Shown here piece by piece: positions 8,406 through 15,688 of a stretch of 17,131 nucleotides of DNA. This stretch comes from an uncultured archaeon (GTDB lineage: Archaea > Asgardarchaeota > Heimdallarchaeia > Heimdallarchaeales > Heimdallarchaeaceae). The first letter of the stretch is position 1. Every line of letters begins with the position of its first letter. The stretch covers positions 1 through 17,131 of the forward strand of contig CAZJUB010000056.1 of assembly GCA_964549075.1 (NCBI GenBank), read 5' to 3'. Under the pieces are notes generated by a model. That model did not search any database. It was given only the letters and a program-made list of their open reading frames with translations, and was not told where the DNA came from. The position numbers and the translations under genes were made by a program.

Positions 8406-8413
8406 TTTAAAAA
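8406..8413 (-). promoter_or_regulatory. TATA box candidate for the ABC operon
   Basis: Minus strand TGCAAA-TTTTTAAA-TA. The spacing seen at other genes in this window puts the TSS near 8382. Confidence 0.45.
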
Positions 8414-8546
8414 TTTGCATCATTTTTGTTGACTCAATTATCCTGTAAAGATCTTAGCAAGGATGCAACACAAACTCAATTTTTATAAACTTCCAAGGCT
8501 AGTATTAACAATAATTACACACAATTTCAGCTTATATAAAGAAGCA

Positions 8547-8574
8547 TTAGTACTTTTACTAGTGTTCGTACTAA
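8547..8574. repeat. Interrupted 28-bp palindrome TTAGTAC-N4-ACTAGT-N4-GTACTAA
   Basis: 7-bp inverted arms sit symmetrically around a central 6-bp palindrome. Confidence 0.55.
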
Positions 8575-9095
8575 AGAATCATAACACAGCTGTATCCTTG
8601 TCTTTCATCCCAAAACCTAGGAGAAAGTTGAGTAGCAGTATAGTACAATATCTAGAGAATTGAAGAATGTGAAATTAATTGATTGTAACACTGACTTACA
8701 TTTTCACAAGGGATTCTATAAACAATTCTGTCTACATCTAGGAATAGGTCTTTGTATTTTTGTTGGAAGTGTTTAAACTACCATCCAAGAATGTTATCAC
8801 CTAAAGAGTAACAGATCTAGGTTGAATTAATAGTTTCCTTCTTCAGAATGTAAAATTACTTATTCTTGTGATTTTTAAAAGAACAAACAGAAAGGCATGA
8901 CCTTGTTGATAAGGACATCTTCTTAGCAGGAGACATTTCCAAGAAGGGAGAGGCTTTAAATAGTTCATGTAAGGCTTACCGTTTATTTTTTCGATAAAAA
9001 TCATTTAGAAGCAGTTTACATGCCTTACTAAGCGGAATTTAGATAAGACCTTATTAGAAGTTTGGATGATTTGGAAAGAAACAGGTATGTTATTA

Positions 9096-9680
9096 TTAAC
9101 TATCGTAGTGATGAATAGTATTATAATCGCATGTTGGTTCTAAAAATTTCTCATCACATTCTTTACATTCTAGATAAGGAGATTCCCCTCTAAGAATATT
9201 ATAGAGATAAACTCCAGGTATAAGTAAAAGAAAGAGAACTATTTGGACAAGAATCGTATAATTGCCAATCGCATATTCTAAACCATAAACAAGGATTATT
9301 ACTGAAGTATATCCTCCTAAACCAATCCCTAACCAAATTCTAAATAAAAATTTCAACCATTTTTTTTCTGGTTTGAGGAAAATTTGAATCAACGCTATAA
9401 CAACACCAAAAGCAGCTAATAAGCCAGTGATAATTGGCTTTTCCTTGAAAATATTAAACATCGAAAAGAACAGCACTGTATAAAGTAGAAAACCAAAAAG
9501 AACTCCTGAACAACCTACACAAAGGACAAAGGGACCGATTCTTAAAATGTGATTATCGAATTTTTTACAGATAGGATGATGAGCTAAGTACTGCATTGAA
9601 AAAATTGTGATTCTGTATCTAAGACTTTTTTTTGGTTTTTCTTTTAAAGAATCTTCATCGCTTTTAGAAATGCTATTCAC
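9096..9680 (-). CDS. Membrane protein with His/Cys metal-binding motifs (DUF2085-like)
   Basis: HHPIC...H....LCVGCSG followed by about four TM helices and a C-terminal CKEC...C. GTG start with AGGT upstream. Lies 16 nt downstream of the amidotransferase gene. Confidence 0.7.
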   Translation of the reverse strand: MNSISKSDEDSLKEKPKKSLRYRITIFSMQYLAHHPICKKFDNHILRIGPFVLCVGCSGVLFGFLLYTVLFFSMFNIFKEKPIITGLLAAFGVVIALIQIFLKPEKKWLKFLFRIWLGIGLGGYTSVIILVYGLEYAIGNYTILVQIVLFLLLIPGVYLYNILRGESPYLECKECDEKFLEPTCDYNTIHHYDS

Positions 9681-9696
9681 TTCAATCTCGACCTAA

Positions 9697-10455
9697 TTAG
9701 AATCTAAATTCGCTCAAATAGTAATAATTTCTACTTTCGACATCTATTTCTATGAGAGAACCATTTCTTAATCGTTCAGTTGGTGAACCTAATGAAGGTA
9801 TAGCACTGGAACTAACAACTATCTGATCTTCTGATTTGTAAAGCTTCATAGTAAAATATAGAGGATCTTTTCTATAATATACACCAACCCAAGCTTTTTT
9901 AGGAGAAGCAAGGATGAAATTTGCAGCTGTAAAATCCCATTTATTCAGAAGTTGATCAACCAATAATTTATCAGGTTGCATTTCATTTTCCATCATTGAA
10001 GTAAGCAATGCATAGAAATATTTTTCAGAATCGGTTGATCCTCTTAAGAAAAACCTTCTTTTATCAAAAGCTTTAATCTCATTCTTAATAGTTCCATTAT
10101 GTCCGAAAACATATTCACTACCATTATACCAGTAAAACGGATGATTGTTCTTGATATTTACAGCGATTTTTGGAGAAGCTTGTCTTGCATGAACAAATAA
10201 CAAATCTTTATCAATTTTTAACCAATCGTCTACTGGATTTCTTTCAAAAATTGGTTCAGCAAATCGCATAATTTCAAAATGATTATCTTTAACAAAAGCA
10301 TACCCAAAACCATCTTTATGTTGCTCTAGTTTTGTTTCATTTCTTTCATGAACATCAAGTTTTGCTCCTCCTAAATAGTCTGAACACGAACCTATATACT
10401 CAGAATAAGCTTGACTATCTACATTTCGTCCTATTCTGAGAAAGAATCTGCACAT
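9697..10455 (-). CDS. Class II glutamine amidotransferase (Ntn hydrolase, YafJ/EgtC-like)
   Basis: N-terminal M-C-R nucleophile, HKDGFG, HARQAS, NNHPF, FGHNGTI, GSTDSE. Confidence 0.9.
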   Translation of the reverse strand: MCRFFLRIGRNVDSQAYSEYIGSCSDYLGGAKLDVHERNETKLEQHKDGFGYAFVKDNHFEIMRFAEPIFERNPVDDWLKIDKDLLFVHARQASPKIAVNIKNNHPFYWYNGSEYVFGHNGTIKNEIKAFDKRRFFLRGSTDSEKYFYALLTSMMENEMQPDKLLVDQLLNKWDFTAANFILASPKKAWVGVYYRKDPLYFTMKLYKSEDQIVVSSSAIPSLGSPTERLRNGSLIEIDVESRNYYYLSEFRF

Positions 10456-10527
10456 AATATTTCATTTTGTCAAATAATTCAAGAGTATATAATTTTAACT
10501 CATCTACTAAACTGAGTCAAAGTAAAT

Positions 10528-12045
10528 TTAATCACTTTCAAGTGAAATAAAAGGTTGTTCACTTGTAAGTACTGGTTCTGGAACTCCTTTAAGTACCATA
10601 TCTTCTTTTTTAACAAAAATACCAATGACTAATACTGCAAAAATCATAATGGAACCTGTAATTAACATAATTATTTCTACTCCAAAAACAGTTGTAGATC
10701 CTAAAGTCCAAGATAAACCACTAAAAACATCATATAGTATTCCTCCTACTATAGGACCAAAAACTGAGCCAAAATTGCTGAATAGCTGGACGTTTCCAAA
10801 TTCCAAACCTCGTACTTTTGATTCAACTAAATCTGCTTGAAGTGCTCGAAAAGCTGGCATGTTGATTTGTTGTACCATCTGTCTAGTAATAAATAATGCA
10901 ACAAGAACCCAAAGAATCATCTGGAAACCAAGAGTAGCTAAGAGAAAAGCAGACGCAACACCCGAAATAATCACCAAAGCTTTCTTACTTGTTTTGTCTG
11001 CTAACCAACCACCTAAAGGATTGAATGTTACACCAGCAATACCTGCTATACCAAAAACAGTTCCAATTAATTCGGTACTCATACCATAGAATTGTTCTAA
11101 AAAGAGAGACAAAATTGGGAAGACCATAGCAAAACTAAAGCCATTTGCGAAAGCCATAACAAATAAAGCTCTTAAACTGACAGTTCTTTCCTTCCAGAAT
11201 GAAGGTTTGAAAAATGCTGGAACTCCCAATCTAATCTTGAGAAATGACTTACCAACTTCTTTCATTGCCACTCCCAGTTCTTTAAGACTCATTTTAGCTT
11301 TTTCTGTTTTCGGATCAACAACAAGGAAATTAAACAGGATTACAGCTAATAATGACACACCACCCATAAAGAAAAAAGTGATTTGGAAAGATAATACTTC
11401 AACATTTCCAACTAAATCAATACTAGGTAGGAGATTATTATTAACAGTATCAAAGACACTAAAATTTCCACTACCTAATGCTAAGGGGAGTGATAATAAA
11501 CCTATACCAACTAATTTGACAAAATCTAAACCAATAAGTGATTCAATTAGAGCAAAAAATCCTCCACCTACAAATGGACCAACACTCCAACCAAGACTCA
11601 ATGAAAGCATGAACCAACCGATATTCCTACCTCTTTTTTCTTCTGGAGATATATCTACAACTGCTGATTCAGCAACAGGCCAGACCAGCGCAGAAGCTAT
11701 TCCTTGGAAGAATCTTACTAAGAAGAGAGACCAAAATGCTCTAGCTAATCCGAAACCAAATGTTAGAAACACATACATTGTTAATCCAACTACGATAACA
11801 GGTTTTCTGCCAGCATTATCACTTAATTTACCAAAAAAAGGTGCAAGAAAGGCACGTGAAATCATCATAGCTGAAGTTAATAATCCTATTTGAGTCACAA
11901 TACCAACTGTTGTAAATCCCCAATTCCAAGGTTTAAAAAAATGATTAGCATACAGAGCTAAAAAAGGCATTATTGCCCCAAATCCAAGGTTAACAATGAA
12001 ACTTGATAACATTAAACCAAATAGCGTTTGGGTTTGCCTTTTCAT
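10528..12045 (-). CDS. MFS transporter (DHA1/multidrug-resistance-like)
   Basis: Motif A GKLSDNAGRKPV, RFFQG, EKRGRNIG, GPFVGG, GWLADKTSKK, GPIVGG; at least 12 hydrophobic helices. Confidence 0.92.
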   Translation of the reverse strand: MKRQTQTLFGLMLSSFIVNLGFGAIMPFLALYANHFFKPWNWGFTTVGIVTQIGLLTSAMMISRAFLAPFFGKLSDNAGRKPVIVVGLTMYVFLTFGFGLARAFWSLFLVRFFQGIASALVWPVAESAVVDISPEEKRGRNIGWFMLSLSLGWSVGPFVGGGFFALIESLIGLDFVKLVGIGLLSLPLALGSGNFSVFDTVNNNLLPSIDLVGNVEVLSFQITFFFMGGVSLLAVILFNFLVVDPKTEKAKMSLKELGVAMKEVGKSFLKIRLGVPAFFKPSFWKERTVSLRALFVMAFANGFSFAMVFPILSLFLEQFYGMSTELIGTVFGIAGIAGVTFNPLGGWLADKTSKKALVIISGVASAFLLATLGFQMILWVLVALFITRQMVQQINMPAFRALQADLVESKVRGLEFGNVQLFSNFGSVFGPIVGGILYDVFSGLSWTLGSTTVFGVEIIMLITGSIMIFAVLVIGIFVKKEDMVLKGVPEPVLTSEQPFISLESD

Positions 12046-12068
12046 AGGATTTCCGTTTAAATAAATAT

Positions 12069-12138
12069 TTTAAAAAGCTATGGTTGATACTATTTACAGA
12101 CAATCTCTTTTTCTTCGTTATCCTAACATTTTTTTATG
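12069..12138. promoter_or_regulatory. Divergent promoter region between the MFS gene and asnS
   Basis: Minus-strand TTTTTAAA (12069-12076) lies 23 nt before ATG 12045. Plus-strand TTTTTTTATG (12129-12138) lies about 20 nt before ATG 12158. Confidence 0.45.
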
Positions 12139-12157
12139 TCAGTCATATTAAAAACCC

Positions 12158-13453
12158 ATGCCCGAAAAAACTTTCACACGTGCAGCAGATATAATTCCCT
12201 CGGAAAAATCTGTAACTATCCGAGGATGGGTCTACCGAATCCGTAAACTCAAAGATAAAATCTTTGTTGTTTTACGTGATGCTTCTGGCATCATTCAATG
12301 TGTTGGTCAAGAAGAGAATTTGTCTCCTGAAAAATGGAACATGCTCAATGAAGCAGCAATTGAGAATTATATTATAGTTGAAGGTAACCCTGTAAAGGAT
12401 AATAGGGCTGTAAATAATGTTGAAGTTAAATTAACTAATTTCAAACTTATGCATAAAGGAGAAATCTTTCCAGTTGCTAAAGATCAGAGTAAAGAATTCA
12501 TGCTTGATAATACCCATCTATTTGTAAGAAGTTTTCAAGCGACTAATGTTTGGAAAGTCAAAGCTTCAGTACTTCGTGCTTCTAGAGAATGGTTCTTTGA
12601 AAATGATTTCTATGAAACAACTCCTCCAATACTCACTGGTTCAGCTTGTGAAGGGGGAGCTACATTGTTCAGCTTAAAATATTTCGATTCAACAGCTTAT
12701 CTTAGTCAGAGTATACAATTATACTTAGAAGCTCTCATCTACAGCTTAGAAAAAGTGTATGCTATTACACCAAGTTTCAGAGCTGAGAAGATGAGAACTA
12801 AAAGACATGTAAATGAATTTTGGCATATAGAAGGAGAAGAAGCGTTTGTCGATTTCGAAGGTAACATGAAAATACAAGAAGAATTAGTAGCTTATATTGT
12901 TAGATATGTTCTTGACCATAACTCCAAGGAATTAAAAGAACTTGAACGTGATACTTCGATACTTGAAAACATCAAAGCACCTTTCAGAAAAATCACATAT
13001 AAAAGTGCTATTGATACTTTGAATGAAAATGGATATGATTTACAGTGGGATGATGATATCAAAACTGAAGAAGAACGAGCTCTCTCAAATATTATTGGAG
13101 AACCTTTCTTTGTAAGAGATTATCCATCTAAGCACAAACCATTCTATGTTAAACTTCATGAAGATAATCCTCAATGGTGCTATTCAGCTGACTTAATGGC
13201 TCCAGAAGGTTTCGGTGAGATAATTACAGGTGGTCAGAGAGAAGATGTTCTTGATACTTTAGTCAGACGTATTCAAGAAGAAGGTTGGAAAGTCGAAGAT
13301 TATTCCTGGTATGTAGATCTCAGGAAATATGGTTCAGTTCCTCATTCAGGTTTCGGTCTTGGTGCAGAAAGACTCACTTGGTGGTTATGTGGTTTAGATT
13401 CAATACAAGAAACGCTCCCCTTTCCTAGAACTAGAAATAGGGTTTATCCCTGA
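12158..13453 (+). CDS. asnS: Asparagine--tRNA ligase, archaeal type
   Basis: OB-fold GWVYRIR...FVVLRDASG, CEGGATLF, LSQSIQLYLE (the LE is AsnRS-like, versus KQ in AspRS), motif 2 FRAEKMRTKRHVNEFWH, APEGFGEI, motif 3 YGSVPHSGFGLGAER, PFPR. Confidence 0.93.
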   Translation: MPEKTFTRAADIIPSEKSVTIRGWVYRIRKLKDKIFVVLRDASGIIQCVGQEENLSPEKWNMLNEAAIENYIIVEGNPVKDNRAVNNVEVKLTNFKLMHKGEIFPVAKDQSKEFMLDNTHLFVRSFQATNVWKVKASVLRASREWFFENDFYETTPPILTGSACEGGATLFSLKYFDSTAYLSQSIQLYLEALIYSLEKVYAITPSFRAEKMRTKRHVNEFWHIEGEEAFVDFEGNMKIQEELVAYIVRYVLDHNSKELKELERDTSILENIKAPFRKITYKSAIDTLNENGYDLQWDDDIKTEEERALSNIIGEPFFVRDYPSKHKPFYVKLHEDNPQWCYSADLMAPEGFGEIITGGQREDVLDTLVRRIQEEGWKVEDYSWYVDLRKYGSVPHSGFGLGAERLTWWLCGLDSIQETLPFPRTRNRVYP

Positions 13454-13473
13454 TTTTTCTTTCTTTTTTATTT
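13454..13473 (+). terminator. T-rich terminator after asnS
   Basis: TTTTTCTTTCTTTTTTATTT immediately after the TGA. Confidence 0.6.
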
Positions 13474-13511
13474 GAATAGTTTTATATTCGTTTTTGCATA
13501 TTCTTTCTCTA

Positions 13512-14027
13512 ATGAGTGAATTTGATCCTTATGGTTTCGCTATCCATCCCGAGTTCTCTCTATTTAACATAAGTTATGAGATAGAAGACTTATCTAACGA
13601 ATCAGTTGTATTTGCTGTTCAGAAAGAAGGTTCTTTCAAACCTACTTTTATTATGTACGATAGTGATGGCAATGAAATTCTCTCTGCAAAAAAAATCTCA
13701 GCTTGGTCTGGTATTTACAGAATATTTAAAGAAGACATAAGATATGCAACGTTAGATTATTCTACTAGTTGCTGTAGTTCTCAGACAGAGATTGAAGTTG
13801 GGACAAAGAGGTACCTAGGTTCAAGACTAAAAGGTTCTTCTTTTGAATTCGTTAACAAGTTTGGTGACTTGGCTTTTTATTTTCAAAGGTATGTTAGATT
13901 AATAAAATCTGAATATCTTCTAGAAGTATATGATACAATTGAACCTGAGATTGCAATACTATGCAGTGTCATTATAGATACAATCATTAGAGCACAACAA
14001 GCTGCAGCTGCGGCTGCAACAACATAA
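13512..14027 (+). CDS. LURP-one/scramblase (tubby C-terminal-like) family protein
   Basis: Repeated strand motifs YEIEDLSNESVV, FIMYDSDGNEIL, FEFVNKFGDLA and SEYLLEV, then a C-terminal hydrophobic helix ending in ID. ATG 13512 is preferred over TTG 13494 because TTTTATAT (13480-13487) lies 24 nt upstream. Confidence 0.75.
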   Translation: MSEFDPYGFAIHPEFSLFNISYEIEDLSNESVVFAVQKEGSFKPTFIMYDSDGNEILSAKKISAWSGIYRIFKEDIRYATLDYSTSCCSSQTEIEVGTKRYLGSRLKGSSFEFVNKFGDLAFYFQRYVRLIKSEYLLEVYDTIEPEIAILCSVIIDTIIRAQQAAAAAATT

Positions 14028-14672
14028 TTATTTTTTTGTGAAATTTAACTGATAAGAAAACCAATTACCATATTCATCTCTTAAAGCTAAACCAGCTCTA
14101 GTTGCCCATTTTTTTTCAGTTCTTCTTAGGGGATAATCAGGATCAACAAATAATTCACAAAGTGAAATAGTTCCCCCAGGTTTAAGAACTCGTTTGAATT
14201 CTTTTAATACATCAACTGGTTTAGGAATTTCTGGTAAACAAGCTATTGCAAAAATTACATCAAAAGAGTTATCTTCAAATGAAAGATTGTAAGCATTATC
14301 CAATTTTGGGAAAATATTAGTGATTTTTTCTTCTTCCAATATTTTCTCTAATCTATCAAGAACTGGTTGTTGAATATCTATTGTAAAAACCTTACCATTA
14401 GGTTCAGTCAAACTTGCGACAGCTTTAGTATAAGTTCCTTTACCGGGTCCAACTTCTAGAACTATATCACCAGATTTTACTCCCATTTTTGTGGCGATTT
14501 CCTCAGGTATCTGCCAATATTTTCTACGAATAGGATTATCTATTATATTTGTAAAAAATTGTGGAATTGGAAAAGGATGTATTTTTCTTATAATTCTAAC
14601 AATTGTATGCCAGGTTATTAAAAATAGAGGAATCCCAGTAATTATCAGAAAAACAATTAGAGCAATATGCAT
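14028..14672 (-). CDS. Class I SAM-dependent methyltransferase with N-terminal TM helix
   Basis: VLEVGPGKG, IDIQ, LSFEDNSFDVI, RVLKPGG; hydrophobic residues 3-21. Confidence 0.9.
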   Translation of the reverse strand: MHIALIVFLIITGIPLFLITWHTIVRIIRKIHPFPIPQFFTNIIDNPIRRKYWQIPEEIATKMGVKSGDIVLEVGPGKGTYTKAVASLTEPNGKVFTIDIQQPVLDRLEKILEEEKITNIFPKLDNAYNLSFEDNSFDVIFAIACLPEIPKPVDVLKEFKRVLKPGGTISLCELFVDPDYPLRRTEKKWATRAGLALRDEYGNWFSYQLNFTKK

Positions 14673-14742
14673 AACATCAATATGATTTTACACAATAAAA
14701 AATTATCTAGAGAAAAATAAGAAAAGTAATTTCACTAGTTAT

Positions 14743-15576
14743 TTATTGCTTCTCATGTGCTTCATCAAAGAAGTGAACCTTGTGCAATAATTCCCCTTCT
14801 TTTCCATGAGGAGTTCGTATTAGGTGATTAGAGGTTTTTTCAAGTTCTCTGATTTCGTCAGCTAATAAAGCTGCTTGACGGACCATCTCATGTGCTCCTG
14901 CAACCTTAATTAATGCTTTTTCTCGATCTTTTTCAACAAAGCAACCATTGACATTCACATTACCTACTTCTTTTAGGATATTAAGAGCTGCGAGTGCTTT
15001 AGGTCTAGAATACTCGTTAGTAAAATTAGCTTCTGTTACTACACCAATACTTGACATATTACGAGTTGGGAGAGTTGGTTTTGTACCAGCTTTGAGTTGT
15101 TCAATCACTTCATCCAACAATGCTGTGATATAAGAAAATACTCCGCAAGCACTGAAAGCAGTAATTATGTAGCCATTGAACAGACACATCTCTGTTGTAT
15201 CTAAAAAGTCTCTTTTTGCTCCAATCATTGGATCAAAAGAAGCGATAATATAGCCAAGTCCTTCCTCTTTCCACTTTTCTCTAACTTCTTTATCAGCTGT
15301 ATCAGAAACAACAATTAGTGGATATTTCTCTTTATATCGATCAATTACAGACTGTGGTCCTTTATCACTAGCATTTGGAGAGATCATAACCATCAAATCT
15401 GTTTCGACTTGATCAATAAGGGGAAAAATTCTTTCTGCAGCAGAAGTTTTCATTTTTGTAGAAGAACTGATAACAGTAGCCTCTATGTCAGTTCTACTTG
15501 CTCTTTCATCTAACATTATATCGATTAATGTTGTTAATGTAATATTTCCAATTTTAACAAAAGTTATCTTAACCAT
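14743..15576 (-). CDS. mtd: F420-dependent methylene-tetrahydromethanopterin dehydrogenase
   Basis: Mtd signatures KIGN, LDERA, SPNA..GP, DPMIGAKRDFLD..EM, GCF, AHEMVR.AA.LADE.RELEK and RTPH. Probable start ATG 15576 (MVKITFVK); TTG 15585 is an alternative. Confidence 0.93.
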   Translation of the reverse strand: MVKITFVKIGNITLTTLIDIMLDERASRTDIEATVISSSTKMKTSAAERIFPLIDQVETDLMVMISPNASDKGPQSVIDRYKEKYPLIVVSDTADKEVREKWKEEGLGYIIASFDPMIGAKRDFLDTTEMCLFNGYIITAFSACGVFSYITALLDEVIEQLKAGTKPTLPTRNMSSIGVVTEANFTNEYSRPKALAALNILKEVGNVNVNGCFVEKDREKALIKVAGAHEMVRQAALLADEIRELEKTSNHLIRTPHGKEGELLHKVHFFDEAHEKQ

Positions 15577-15605
15577 AGTAATCAAAATTATGTTTTCATC
15601 TACCC

Positions 15606-15665
15606 TTTATATATTTCATCATGTGGATGTATTTTAGAAAATTAACGAATAGTAAGCTTTTATAA
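15606..15665. promoter_or_regulatory. Divergent TATA boxes for mtd and the 15689 gene
   Basis: Minus-strand TATATAAA at 15606-15613. Plus-strand TTTTATAA at 15658-15665, 23 nt before ATG 15689. Confidence 0.5.
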
Positions 15666-15688
15666 TGCATTAGTTCAAGTACAAACAT

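Noticed and set aside
8463-8663. 66-aa ORF as a confident CDS
   Set aside because: It has no recognisable homology, no good SD and no TATA box at leaderless spacing; it is kept only as a speculative finding.
8969-9028. 7-bp inverted repeat GTAAGGC/GCCTTAC as MITE or IS ends
   Set aside because: It is too short, has no target-site duplication and no transposase, and is compatible with chance.
8325-9095. CRISPR array, tRNA or rRNA in the long intergenic region
   Set aside because: I saw no regularly spaced repeats, cloverleaf/T-loop motif or GC-rich structural RNA signature.
10625-11893. Plus-strand ORFs of 71, 76 and 228 aa
   Set aside because: They are antisense shadows of the hydrophobic MFS gene, with K/N/P/T-rich mirror composition and no motifs.
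12158-13453. Non-discriminating AspRS instead of AsnRS
   Set aside because: QLYLE, RAEK..T.RH..EFWH, APEG.GEI and YGSVPH are AsnRS-type motifs.
14491-15133. Plus-strand ORFs 14491-14685 and 14948-15133
   Set aside because: They are antisense to the well-supported methyltransferase and mtd genes.
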